A DNA stretch of 64,000 nt from Candidatus Bathyarchaeota archaeon. GTDB lineage: Archaea; Thermoproteota; Bathyarchaeia; Bathyarchaeales; Bathycorpusculaceae. The stretch covers positions 1,120,001-1,184,000 of the forward strand of contig CAVZJV010000014.1 in assembly GCA_963775685.1 (NCBI GenBank), written 5' to 3'. Each line of letters starts with the position of its first letter. The first letter of the stretch is position 1. Below the pieces are notes generated by a model. That model was given only the letters and a program-made list of their open reading frames with translations, was not told the origin of the DNA and did not search any database. The translations under genes were made by a program, and so were the position numbers. Below, in pieces: positions 1-9,760 of this stretch.

Positions 1-520
1 TTAAGTTGGGCACTGCAACTATGAAGCACCACTCTGTTGGGAAGGGTTGACGGTAGATTAGGGGTGGGAAAGTTTGAGTTTTGAGGTTTTTGCCTCCGTC
101 AACTACGAATCCGCCTCTTTCGAAGATGGATGTGCCGACGGCTGTTCTTCTTGCTCGCCCCATGGAAACCGCTAATTCGGGAACAGAGGCTTTCACATTA
201 AACAGTTTGGCAAGCGCAACTGCTATAGCTATGGAGAACTGGGTGCCTGAACCTAAGCCTATGTGAGAGGGAATCGCTTCTGCAACATGTATGTGGGCTT
301 TAGGTTGGATTTGATAATTGGAAAAGAACCTCTTAGCTAAAATGGTAGCTAGTTCGGTTTCTTTTCCTGTAATTTGAAAGTTTTCTGCGTTTTGAGCTTC
401 AACGACAACGTTTGGGCGGTCAATGCCGACTCCTAAGCCGCCGAACATTCGGCCCAAGTCGCCATTCATGTCGATGAGCCCAAGGTGGAGTCTTGCAGGA
501 GTTTTTACCGTGACCTTCAT
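1..520 (-). CDS. mptG: Beta-ribofuranosylaminobenzene 5'-phosphate synthase (GHMP kinase fold, methanopterin pathway); 3' end runs off the window
   Basis: Manual translation from ATG at 520: MKVTVKTPARLHLGLIDMNGDLGRMFGGLGVGID...PSHIGLGSGTQ (GHMP motif). Start overlaps the stop of the upstream DUF447 gene (TAATG). Confidence 0.85.
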   Translation of the reverse strand, partial: MKVTVKTPARLHLGLIDMNGDLGRMFGGLGVGIDRPNVVVEAQNAENFQITGKETELATILAKRFFSNYQIQPKAHIHVAEAIPSHIGLGSGTQFSIAIAVALAKLFNVKASVPELAVSMGRARRTAVGTSIFERGGFVVDGGKNLKTQTFPPLIYRQPFPTEWCFIVAVPNL

Positions 521-1164
521 TATTTGGTCCTCCATTGATTAATTCTGCCTGTTAGATCAGCCATAATGGTGGAGTAGGTTGATTTTGGCGCCACGCGGTT
601 GACTACTTCACTGCAGTTATCAATGAATCCCAAAAGAGTTTGGACTTCTCCTTGCTTTGAGGGGTCAGTTACGAAGGCTTTGACGCGTGTTGCGTGGATG
701 ATGGCTTCCAAAGTTAGTGCCATGGCGCGGCAGATTGGCTGTGGGTACTGCTTTGCCGCCGTTACTTTTTCGACTCTAAGCTGTAACTTTGCTTTATCCA
801 CGCCTGCCAGTTGGATGCGGGTGACTGAAGCTTCAATTGTTGCGTCTGCCGAACGAAGTTTGGGGGCGTTAATCATGTCTGTTTTTTCAAACCATTCAGG
901 CGGCAACTTCCCCTCGGGGTTTGTTTCCTTGAAGGTTGAGCGATAAAAAATTTCGATATTGCTTGTTAAGTTGATAATCGCGCATCCGTTTGTTTTGAGG
1001 TTTTGGCTGGTTTGGGATGAGTTGAAGATGTTTAGGCTGAGGGTTTGTTCGTCTTCCATGATGATGCCCATGGGTGCCGCATTGGGGTTTTTGGCCTTGT
1101 CGAAAGTTGAAACTATAGTTTCAAAGATAATGCCTTTTGAGAAGCCCAAGTCGGTGATGAGCAT
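520..1164 (-). CDS. DUF447 family protein (split-barrel, methanopterin-associated)
   Basis: ETIVST...NAAPMG and EAIIHATR motifs; coupled to the beta-RFAP synthase gene. Confidence 0.75.
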   Translation of the reverse strand: MLITDLGFSKGIIFETIVSTFDKAKNPNAAPMGIIMEDEQTLSLNIFNSSQTSQNLKTNGCAIINLTSNIEIFYRSTFKETNPEGKLPPEWFEKTDMINAPKLRSADATIEASVTRIQLAGVDKAKLQLRVEKVTAAKQYPQPICRAMALTLEAIIHATRVKAFVTDPSKQGEVQTLLGFIDNCSEVVNRVAPKSTYSTIMADLTGRINQWRTK

Positions 1165-1348
1165 TATGTTTCAACCGAGTGTAAATTTTCACAGTCGAAT
1201 AATAAAGTTTTGCCAACCAAACCCCTGACTCATTAAAGAAGTACCAAATTTAAGAACTATGGAAGGTTTTTAAGCAAACAAACGAATATTCAATAAGGAT
1301 AATTTTGTGCTCTAAAAACCTCAACGTTTTTCGGTGGTAAAATAGCAA

Positions 1349-2722
1349 ATGGCTGTTAAGGTAGCTTTGGTTTATCCGTATTTTCATCCGGCAAACGACA
1401 ACTCCATTTTCCGTTTTCCACCCTTAGGCTTAGGCTACATTGCGGCGGCTCTGCAAACACACGATTTTGAGGTTGAGCTGGTTGATTGCACTTTTATGCA
1501 ACAAAAAGAGGCAATAGAGCAGATAAAGCATGCAAAGCCCCAGATTGTTGGGTTCTACTCGATGTTTTCGATGAAAAAAACCACTCTCGAACTTGCGCAC
1601 ATCTTAAAAAATGGGGGATTGGCTAATGCTTTGTTTGTAGTGGGCGGTCCTTTGCCTTCTTGGGCGCCTGAAGGTTTTCTGGACGTTTTCGACGCAGTTG
1701 CGGTCGGGGAAGGCGAACAAACGATGATAGAGCTGGCGGATTGCGTTGCTCAACGCAAAGAGTTCTTAGGTGTAAAGGGGCTGGTCTTAAAAGTTGGCAA
1801 CCAAATTATCAAAACTGCCCCCAGAGAATTCGTCGAAAAGCTCGACACACTCTCTTTTCCAACTCGCGACCTCTTTGACAACCAAGCCTACAAAAAATAT
1901 TACCTTGATCGTTTCGGTTACTCAACCACCTCGATGATTACCTCGCGAGGGTGCCTGTTTTCTTGCGATTTCTGCAGCCGACCCATTTTTGGCGCTGACA
2001 TGAGAACGCGCTCAGTGGGAAATATAGTTGATGAGGTAGAGCAGATTGCAGAGTTGGGTTATGACCGGGTTTGGTTTGCTGATGACTGTTTTACATTGAA
2101 TCGCAATCATTTGCTGGATGTCTGCAGAGAAATTGTTCGCCGAGGTGTCAAGGTAGGATGGCAGTGTTTGTCGCGTGTAGACACTATGGATGCACAGGTT
2201 GCAGCTGGTATGAAGAGCGCGGGGTGCATTGGCGTTTTCTTTGGCATCGAGTCGGGAAATGACTCAGTTTTAGGTTTAATGAACAAACGCATAACGATTT
2301 CACAGGCTAAACGAGCTGTTTATGTGGCTAAATCGGCGGGTCTTAAAGTTGGCGCCTTCTTCATCGTCGGGTATCCTGGGGAAAGCAACAAAACGGTTCT
2401 GGACACGGTGCGTTTTGCGTCGGGTTTGCCGCTTGATTACTTGTCCTTTACGTTGCCTTATCCGATTCCTGGTACGCCCCTCTATGCACGCGTGAAAGAT
2501 GATGGCGTGTCAATTGAGGATTGGGAAGAACCAAAAAACTATCGTTTAATCCGCCACAAACTGTTGTATGCTTCGGGTTTTAGTGAGGGTAAGCTAAAGT
2601 TTGCGATTGGGAAGGCCTGGGTGCAGTTTTATGGGCAGAAATATCTTGGGAAAACGGTTTATGGTGTGTTGGGTTGGCCGTTTGAGCGTTTGACTGATTT
2701 TGCGTTTGAGTGTATCCGTTAA
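1349..2722 (+). CDS. B12-binding domain radical SAM protein (class B methyltransferase-like)
   Basis: PPLGLGYIAA, VGGP, GEGE B12-domain motifs; SRGCLFSCDFC (CxxxCxxC); FGIESG; FIVGYPGE. Confidence 0.9.
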   Translation: MAVKVALVYPYFHPANDNSIFRFPPLGLGYIAAALQTHDFEVELVDCTFMQQKEAIEQIKHAKPQIVGFYSMFSMKKTTLELAHILKNGGLANALFVVGGPLPSWAPEGFLDVFDAVAVGEGEQTMIELADCVAQRKEFLGVKGLVLKVGNQIIKTAPREFVEKLDTLSFPTRDLFDNQAYKKYYLDRFGYSTTSMITSRGCLFSCDFCSRPIFGADMRTRSVGNIVDEVEQIAELGYDRVWFADDCFTLNRNHLLDVCREIVRRGVKVGWQCLSRVDTMDAQVAAGMKSAGCIGVFFGIESGNDSVLGLMNKRITISQAKRAVYVAKSAGLKVGAFFIVGYPGESNKTVLDTVRFASGLPLDYLSFTLPYPIPGTPLYARVKDDGVSIEDWEEPKNYRLIRHKLLYASGFSEGKLKFAIGKAWVQFYGQKYLGKTVYGVLGWPFERLTDFAFECIR

Positions 2723-2764
2723 GTTTGAGTTTCGGGCAGGTGGCTTGTTTTTGCATCCGCAAGC

Positions 2765-2785
2765 TATATATCAAATTGATATATA
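2765..2785. promoter_or_regulatory. Perfect inverted repeat, probable PadR operator overlapping the promoter
   Basis: TATATATCAA-A-TTGATATATA, 25 bp upstream of the padR ATG. Confidence 0.6.
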
Positions 2786-2810
2786 ATATAATGATATAGT
2801 GTGAAACTCA

Positions 2811-3374
2811 ATGAAAGACAACAACGCAAAATATGTCCTCCTTGGACTCCTAAGCCACACCCCCATGACCGGATATGACATCAAAAAATCCGTCGCCACC
2901 CGAATGAGCTATTTCTGGGACCTCAGCTATGGACAAATCTATCCAACCCTCAAACAACTAGAAAAAAATAAACTCATAACCAGACAAGTAAAAAACAACC
3001 CCAACGGACCCACACGAAAAGTTTACACCATAACTGAAGCAGGCATCAAAGAACTCCAAACCTGGCTCACCAAGCCAGCAAAAAAAGAAGCCCACAAATA
3101 TGAATTCCTACTCAAACTCATATTCGGCGATCAAGCCCCGCCTGAATTAAACCAAAAACACATTCAGGAATTCAAAGACAGAAACCAAAAAATCCTTCAA
3201 ACCATGATCGCATTTGAAGAAAACCTAAAGCCGATAGTTAACCAAAGTGAATCCCACTTCTACGTGCTATTGACAATTCTCTTGGGCAAGAGCATCTCCA
3301 AAGTGAGCGTCGAGTGGGCTGATAACACATTAAGAATGTTGCAAGAACACAATGTTGGAGGTGAAAAATTTTGA
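2811..3374 (+). CDS. PadR family transcriptional regulator with C-terminal virulence-activator-type domain
   Basis: LLGLL..PMTGYDIKK...SYGQIYPTLKQLE...RKVYTITEAG...WL. Confidence 0.92.
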   Translation: MKDNNAKYVLLGLLSHTPMTGYDIKKSVATRMSYFWDLSYGQIYPTLKQLEKNKLITRQVKNNPNGPTRKVYTITEAGIKELQTWLTKPAKKEAHKYEFLLKLIFGDQAPPELNQKHIQEFKDRNQKILQTMIAFEENLKPIVNQSESHFYVLLTILLGKSISKVSVEWADNTLRMLQEHNVGGEKF

Positions 3375-3934
3375 GATTTTGGCCGCAGAAGAAATGGAAG
3401 AAAATCTTGCTGACAGCTCTGCTGGTACTTTTAACTATTTTATTGGGCATCAGCGGCTACTTGGAATATAGCGTTTACCGGGAAGTCTCCACCCAAACCG
3501 TAGTTCTAAACTTAGACGGTGCAAAAACAGCTTTAATGATCTACCACCCCGGCATAACGAACTTTGCCCACAACGTTACATACTCGTTCGCTGATGGATT
3601 AGTTTCCAGCGGTTGGCGTGTGGAAATCGCAACGGCGAGCCCTCAAGCTCCCACGAGTCTGTCAAACTATTCGCTGTTGGTGCTCGGCTGGCCCATTTAT
3701 GACTTTAACCCTGGACCGACAATAATCAACCAAATCCATCGAATGGGAAACCTTAACGGTACCGCTACTGTGGTAATGGTTATCGCTGGAGGCATGGATC
3801 CCTTGAACGCGCAGGCAAACATGGAAAAGATAGTACAAAATGCCAACGGAACATTGCTAGATACCCTAAAGGCTTTCCGAGGCAGAGATGCTTGGCAAAT
3901 GATGCAAGAGGAAGGCAGCAAATTAACATCGTAA
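3371..3934 (+). CDS. Membrane-anchored flavodoxin-like fold protein
   Basis: N-terminal TM helix, then ALMIYHPG...YSLLVLGWPIY flavodoxin-like pattern. GGAGGTGA SD; overlaps the padR stop. Confidence 0.6.
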   Translation: MRFWPQKKWKKILLTALLVLLTILLGISGYLEYSVYREVSTQTVVLNLDGAKTALMIYHPGITNFAHNVTYSFADGLVSSGWRVEIATASPQAPTSLSNYSLLVLGWPIYDFNPGPTIINQIHRMGNLNGTATVVMVIAGGMDPLNAQANMEKIVQNANGTLLDTLKAFRGRDAWQMMQEEGSKLTS

Positions 3935-3944
3935 AGTGTAATCG

Positions 3945-4442
3945 ATGAAAAAACCAATGGCCCTCCCCACATTCATAAGTTCGCTACGAATTGCAGCCCT
4001 ACCCTTCTTCTTCTACTTCTTCAATTTAGGGAATGTAGGCGCATGTCTGGGATTGCTCACTTTTAGTGCAGCCACAGACTTTTTGGATGGATATTTAGCC
4101 CGAAAACTAAAAGTAACCTCACGGTTCGGCGCATACTATGACGCCACAATCGACTTTACCCTGATGATTGGCATTTTTGCAATTTTTTATGTTGTCGGGT
4201 ACTATCCAATTTGGCTTCTGGTACTTATCGCCGTAGCGTTCATTCAGTTCTTAATTTCAAGCGTCTTTGCTCGAAAAATATACGATCCTGTAGGACGCTA
4301 CCTTGGGAGCGCCCTCTATATCGGCATAGTCCTAACGTTACTTTGGCCAACCCAAACGGTGTTTGATTTTGTGCAGTACGCTTTTGTAGCTTTCTTCTTG
4401 GTTTCGCTGGCAAGTCGCACAGTGAGTTTAATCCGAAAATAA
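3945..4442 (+). CDS. CDP-alcohol phosphatidyltransferase
   Basis: DFLDGYLARK...SRFGAYYDATID (DGxxAR...G...D) signature; hydrophobic. Confidence 0.9.
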   Translation: MKKPMALPTFISSLRIAALPFFFYFFNLGNVGACLGLLTFSAATDFLDGYLARKLKVTSRFGAYYDATIDFTLMIGIFAIFYVVGYYPIWLLVLIAVAFIQFLISSVFARKIYDPVGRYLGSALYIGIVLTLLWPTQTVFDFVQYAFVAFFLVSLASRTVSLIRK

Positions 4443-4500
4443 AATCAGAGTAAGCTAATATAGTGTTTATCTCTTATTCCAACTTACTTTAGGTGTCCTG

Positions 4501-5514
4501 TTGCCAGAAAAATGCCAAAACCAAGCAGCATTACCTGAGCAAATCCGCGTTTCTTTAGGCACTGCCATAGTCCTTGGGCTCATAGCGGGTAAATTGGATG
4601 CAAACCCGACAGCAGCATATTTGATGACCCACAAGATAGGCAAGTGCATAGCAAACTGCGGCTTCTGTCCCCAAGCTCGAGAAAGCAAAAGTAGCACCGA
4701 GTTGCTTTCGCGCGTAACGTGGCCAAGTTTCTCAATCTCAAACGTCATAGCAGCTATTAGTAAAGGAGCAAAGGAAGACAAAATCAGGCGTGTATGTATC
4801 CAAGCCTTGAACTACCCCAATGTTTTCAACCATTTGGAAGCCTTGGTAAGAGAAATAAAAAGGCATTCCGCGGTCGCGGTTTCGGTTTCCTGTCAGCCGC
4901 TAAACATGGAGAATATTGTGCTTTTGGCAAATGCGGGTGCTGACAGGTTAGGCATTGCTGTGGACGCAGCTACAGAAGCAATTTTCAGCAAAGTTAAGGG
5001 CAAAGGAGCAGGCAGCACATACACTTGGGAAAACCAGTTCCGCCAACTTACCCAAGCTTTGGATGTTTTTGGTGAGGGAAACGTTAGTACGCACGTGATT
5101 GTGGGTTTGGGGGAAACCGAAAAAGATACGGTGGAGATGGTTCAGAAGTGTGTTGATATGGGTGTTTTGCCGGCGATTTTCGCGTTTACACCCGTCCGTG
5201 GGACAGCTTTGGAGGCTAAATCGCCGCCGAATCTTGAGTCTTATCGTCGAGTTCAGCTTGCTAGGTACCTTATTGTGAATGGCAAAACAAAACTACCGGA
5301 CATGTTATTTAGTTTAGATGGAAAAATCAAAGGATATGGACTCACCAACGAGGCATTAAACGCCGTGGTTGAGAGCGGTTTGCCTTTCCAAACTTCAGGT
5401 TGCCTCGACTGCAACCGCCCCTACTATAATGAAAAACCAAGTGGACCCCTATACAACTATCCAAACAAACTAAGCAAAGAAGAAATAAAGAAAATCAAAA
5501 AAGAACTATCTTAG
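4501..5514 (+). CDS. Radical SAM protein, LipS2-like (archaeal lipoyl synthase subunit / BioB-related)
   Basis: CIANCGFC radical SAM motif; C-terminal TSGCLDCNRPYYNE resembles the LipS2 TxGCPxC(N/D)RP motif. Confidence 0.7.
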   Translation: MPEKCQNQAALPEQIRVSLGTAIVLGLIAGKLDANPTAAYLMTHKIGKCIANCGFCPQARESKSSTELLSRVTWPSFSISNVIAAISKGAKEDKIRRVCIQALNYPNVFNHLEALVREIKRHSAVAVSVSCQPLNMENIVLLANAGADRLGIAVDAATEAIFSKVKGKGAGSTYTWENQFRQLTQALDVFGEGNVSTHVIVGLGETEKDTVEMVQKCVDMGVLPAIFAFTPVRGTALEAKSPPNLESYRRVQLARYLIVNGKTKLPDMLFSLDGKIKGYGLTNEALNAVVESGLPFQTSGCLDCNRPYYNEKPSGPLYNYPNKLSKEEIKKIKKELS

Positions 5515-6855
5515 CAGTTGATCCGCCGTTTGGTCGCTTTGTTTTTTGCTGTTCCGTAGCATCTTGGGCTTTTGTCTTGTAACCTGCTCAACTAACCGCC
5601 AGAACTCATCCATCGTATAGCCTTTAAGCAGATCCTTCATGAGTTTCTTGACTTGGTAGTAGGTCATTTGAGCTTCGCCTTTGTCGAGGCTTTCTTGTGG
5701 ACCTTTGATGCGGCGGAAAAGTTCATCCATTTGCCTTGGTGATGCGCGGACTCCAGCTTTTTCTAGTAGCTTTTGGATGAGCGTTTGTCCTGTGTTTCTG
5801 CCTATGAAAATCATGGTTTCTCGCCCTACAATTTCAGGCGGGAAAGGCTCGAAGACTAGAGGTTGGGACATCATTTCCTCAACTTCTTCTTCGACTTCGT
5901 GGGTGAAGATGTTTTCGCCGATTATGGGCTTATGGAACTGGATGGGTAGGGCGAATGCCTTTTCAGCTGTTTGTGCCAAACGGTAGATTTTTCCCAAGTC
6001 AATTCCAGTGTCGATATTGTAGAGTAATTCTGCTGCTGTGACGACTTCTTCGAAGGGTGCAATGCCTGCGCGTTCGCCAAAACCAGCGATGCAAGTGTGA
6101 AGATAAGATACACCTTCTTCCATCGCTGCTAAGGTGTTTGCTGATCCTAAACCAAAGTCGTTGTGGCAGTGGATCGATAGCGGAACTTTCTTTCTAATAG
6201 CCTCATGCAATCCGTCGCGAATATGTGAAATTAAATAGCGCATCGAAAGGGGTCTAATGAAACCTACGCTGTCAGCTACGCCCAATCTGATTGCACCTGC
6301 GTTAGCGGCTGCCTCAAAAACTTGCAATATATCTTCAATGGGAGTTCTGGTGGCATCCATAAGAATGAAGTTAACATTTGTGCCATGCTTTTTGGCGTAT
6401 TCTATGCCTTCAACTATTCTTTGATGTGCTTGCTCTTTGGTTAGCTTCAACTTGTACTGTAGGTTTAACCCATTAATGGGAGATTCGATGGTTATTTCTT
6501 TGATGCCGCTTTCCAGGCACGCGTTGATGCTATTCTTTGTAGGTTCAGCGGAAGCAGTAAGCTTGGAGTAAGTGAAGGTTTCGTTGACGATACGTTTAAC
6601 GGTACGTTTTTCTTCTTCGGAAAGAGCGGGAAAACCAACGTTAATAATTGATACGCCTGATTCATCCATGAGTTTTGCTAGGCGCACTTGCTCAACATAT
6701 GTTAAGTAAACAGTTGGGGCTTTGATGCCTTCTCGGAAGGTTTCATCCCAGATGAACACGCGATCTGGAAGCTTGGGGGGCAAGTTCTTTCGTAAGCGGT
6801 TGTAGTTGGCTATCAAGCCCTGAGCTTCTAGCTTTTTGAATATAGTCTTCCTCAT
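5506..6855 (-). CDS. Homocitrate/isopropylmalate/citramalate synthase family (DRE-TIM) paralog, divergent
   Basis: DETFREG, ADSVG, HCHNDFG, GERAG motifs; several conserved residues are altered. Confidence 0.8.
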   Translation of the reverse strand: MRKTIFKKLEAQGLIANYNRLRKNLPPKLPDRVFIWDETFREGIKAPTVYLTYVEQVRLAKLMDESGVSIINVGFPALSEEEKRTVKRIVNETFTYSKLTASAEPTKNSINACLESGIKEITIESPINGLNLQYKLKLTKEQAHQRIVEGIEYAKKHGTNVNFILMDATRTPIEDILQVFEAAANAGAIRLGVADSVGFIRPLSMRYLISHIRDGLHEAIRKKVPLSIHCHNDFGLGSANTLAAMEEGVSYLHTCIAGFGERAGIAPFEEVVTAAELLYNIDTGIDLGKIYRLAQTAEKAFALPIQFHKPIIGENIFTHEVEEEVEEMMSQPLVFEPFPPEIVGRETMIFIGRNTGQTLIQKLLEKAGVRASPRQMDELFRRIKGPQESLDKGEAQMTYYQVKKLMKDLLKGYTMDEFWRLVEQVTRQKPKMLRNSKKQSDQTADQLLR

Positions 6856-7564
6856 TTAGACACAATCCAATAAATGAGCTAAATTAACATGTTTAATTTG
6901 CTAATACCTATATAAAACTGCATCTATCAAACGCATGGTGTCTTTTTCTTTTGTTTTGCATCGTAGGGGGGTGGGTAGCTGTATCCCGCTTCTTGGCTTG
7001 TTTTTTGGTTTGCTTTATGGGTTTTGGCGGGTTTTGCAATTTATTTGGGGTGACGAGGTCTTGATTCATTCCAACATTGAGTCTACGTTGGGTAGAGAGG
7101 TTGTGGGTGATATCTCTCAGGGCAAAATTGGGGTTTATTATGGAACAAGTTAGTGGGTTAGCCGCTCTTCTTTGGGCTCAGTAAACTGGAATTAAGGGAT
7201 GTGGCTCCTACAGTCGACCTCACAATATTATATTTATGCATTTGAAACAGAAAACAGCAAGAAACAGTCTCCACTTGCTACGGTCTGCTTACAAAAGTCT
7301 TTAGTGCGCGAAAAATTGTCTAACTTAAAGAAGGGCCCCCTCAAATGAGAATAGCCTAAAAAACACATTCGAAAGGAAGGCCTTAGAAGCTGAGAAAAGG
7401 AATTTATTAGAAGAGTTTAAGGACCCCAAAAAAATTGTGGATCCAAAGCAGTAGGTCTTGAAAGCAAAGTTGGTGCGCTTCGGGCTGAAGTAAACGCGTT
7501 CAAGACTCTGATGAAAGGGTCCAGACCTTAATGCTCCAAATAAAATATAAATTTGAAAAATTCT

Positions 7565-8425
7565 TTACTGCTTTTTTGTTGGTGTTTGTGTTCTTTTCAA
7601 TAATGAGTCTACTGCACACGCCAAGGCGTTACTTGCGGCCTGTCTTGCAGTTGTGGATGTGTCTGTTTCAAGTTTTTCCAATTCTTTGTGAAGGCGGTCG
7701 CTGTTTTCGTTGAGTTCCTGTTTTTGTTTCTGATAGTTGTCGTGCATTTTTTCTTGTTCCGCGGTAAACGTCTGAAGGGTTACTTCGAGCTCGTTTTTGG
7801 TTGCTTTGAGGTCTTGGGCTGTTTGGGCTAGTTGTTGGGCTGCTTTCTTTTTTGCACTGAACTTGTAGAAGCTGATTTTGACTTCTTGCTGAGCGGCGAG
7901 CTGTTCTTCTAATTCGCTGATTTTGCTGCTTAGACGCTGGACTTCGGCGTTTCTTTTGTTGCTGCGTTCTCTTGTTTGCTCAGCATACTCTTTGTCAGCT
8001 TCCACGATTTTATGGTTGTTGTCGGCTAAGGCTTTGGCTTCCTCTGAAATAGTGGACTCCGCAAGCCTGTTTTGTGCCAGCGCTGCTTCGACGTCTAGGA
8101 AAATCTGGGTACGCTCTTTAGTGAATTGTTCATCTGCTGATATTGTGGGGTTCGATTCGAACTCCGAGATAATCTGTCTCAAATTCACCAGCCAATCATC
8201 AAAGTATTGGCTAAATGGGGAGAGGGCAAAAATCTGGTTCCCCAATTTACCTATACTGTTGAGGGTTTTCTGAGCAACCTCCTGCGCAGAAATTTCGGGG
8301 GTTTCCTCACGAAGATACTTAGCGCCTGAACGCTGTTTTTTTTCTTTCGATTTTTTTTCACGGGCACTTTTGGAGAATTGGTTACCTGTGCCTCGGCGTG
8401 AACTGGTTTGCGGTCTGAAACTCAT
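7565..8425 (-). CDS. Hypothetical coiled-coil protein
   Basis: Long ORF rich in E/K/Q/A heptads; start most likely MSFRPQ (8425). Confidence 0.7.
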   Translation of the reverse strand: MSFRPQTSSRRGTGNQFSKSAREKKSKEKKQRSGAKYLREETPEISAQEVAQKTLNSIGKLGNQIFALSPFSQYFDDWLVNLRQIISEFESNPTISADEQFTKERTQIFLDVEAALAQNRLAESTISEEAKALADNNHKIVEADKEYAEQTRERSNKRNAEVQRLSSKISELEEQLAAQQEVKISFYKFSAKKKAAQQLAQTAQDLKATKNELEVTLQTFTAEQEKMHDNYQKQKQELNENSDRLHKELEKLETDTSTTARQAASNALACAVDSLLKRTQTPTKKQ

Positions 8426-8581
8426 AGATAAGCAGTGTATACTGGAAATATTTAAAGTGTAGCACATTTCAACAACAGTTAATTTATGATTATGCAACTG
8501 GAAAAGTTTAGGGTTGAATAGTTGAACTCAATTTTAAGTATTTTTGTAACAAAAAAAACCCCCACTTGTCCGTAGGTTACC

Positions 8582-9631
8582 TTACTTTCGGTTTCGTTTG
8601 GTGGCTTTAGGTTTATAGGCAGGTACAGGTTTTACCGCTTGCGGGGTAGATTTGGGTTTGCTGCGTTTTTTTATAAACAAGAACGCTGCTGCCACAACAA
8701 TGAGAGCAATAACAACCCCGATAACTATTAGCTGCGTTTGAGAATCTGCTAGGCTGCCAAGAGTGTTTCCACCTGTTGAAGAAGTTTGTCCGGGGGCAAG
8801 AGTTGGGGTTGGGTTCTGGGATGTACCGCCATTACCTGAACCTGCATATGGAGTTGCTTGTGGCGCGGTTCCTTGCAACATTGGCCCTTCCGTCTGAACT
8901 AACAGTTCGTAACTTGTGATTTTGAGGCTGGTTGGTACTTCTGATTGGTTAAGGTCTAAGGCTGCAACCTGGAAGGAAGTTGATTCGGATGGATTAAGGG
9001 TTTTAGGGGATAGGTAGTTGGTGTATCCCACGCCAACCACTGAACCGGTTGAGTTAAAGAAAGTTCCGACCACAGTTAAGTTTGTTGCTGCCTGGGACCC
9101 TGTATTCTCTATATTGCCCTTGACAAGGTAGGCACCGTTGAAGTCTCCGGTGGTTCCGACCGATCCTTGGCTGCTGGTTATCTTTAAGTCTGGGTACTGA
9201 TAGCTGCTTGTTGCGTTCGCCACAGAAACGGTGAGGCTGACATCAGCGACATTATCGTACCAGCTTCCTTGGCCATAGCTACTCTGAGGGGTCAAAAACT
9301 CCATATAAAAAGGTGCCTTCTGCTGTGGAACCAAGTTAAAACCCCAAACCTCCGAATAAGAGCTCTGCTGCAATTGGTCGTTGGTGGTAGCAGAACCAAT
9401 CAAAACAACTTTATCAATCGTGTCCTGCCCAACATTTTGGACCTGCCCTACAACGACAAGGTTGCCATAAATGTCTACGTACCAACTTTTGTCGACCACT
9501 TGGATGTTTTGTGGTTCGTTGACTTGGCTATGTCCGAGTGGAATGATCGTTAGGGTCAATGAGCAAACAAGGAAGGTGAGTAAGCAGATAGACATTTTTT
9601 TCACAGAGAGATGCCCCTTATAGCTCTTCAA
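8582..9631 (-). CDS. Secreted, C-terminally membrane-anchored protein with two FxLYD-like Ig domains
   Basis: Signal peptide; two GxVxNxG...APF/TSF repeats; P/T/S/G linker; TM helix plus basic tail. True start may be near 9594-9603. Confidence 0.7.
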   Translation of the reverse strand: MKSYKGHLSVKKMSICLLTFLVCSLTLTIIPLGHSQVNEPQNIQVVDKSWYVDIYGNLVVVGQVQNVGQDTIDKVVLIGSATTNDQLQQSSYSEVWGFNLVPQQKAPFYMEFLTPQSSYGQGSWYDNVADVSLTVSVANATSSYQYPDLKITSSQGSVGTTGDFNGAYLVKGNIENTGSQAATNLTVVGTFFNSTGSVVGVGYTNYLSPKTLNPSESTSFQVAALDLNQSEVPTSLKITSYELLVQTEGPMLQGTAPQATPYAGSGNGGTSQNPTPTLAPGQTSSTGGNTLGSLADSQTQLIVIGVVIALIVVAAAFLFIKKRSKPKSTPQAVKPVPAYKPKATKRNRK

Positions 9632-9760
9632 TGCGCCGTTGAGGTATAAAACAGTTTTTCAAAATTGCCCCCAAAACCAAATGCACTAAGTTGAGCAATT
9701 AAGAGCATCGGCGATATTCTTAAATGGAAAGCCGCAGATAGTCCTGTAGTTGAACCTGTC

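Noticed and set aside
7345-7530. Possible decayed small coiled-coil gene (ERKALEAEKRNLLEEF...LESKVGALRAEV)
   Set aside because: Fragmentary and interrupted, with no family I can name.
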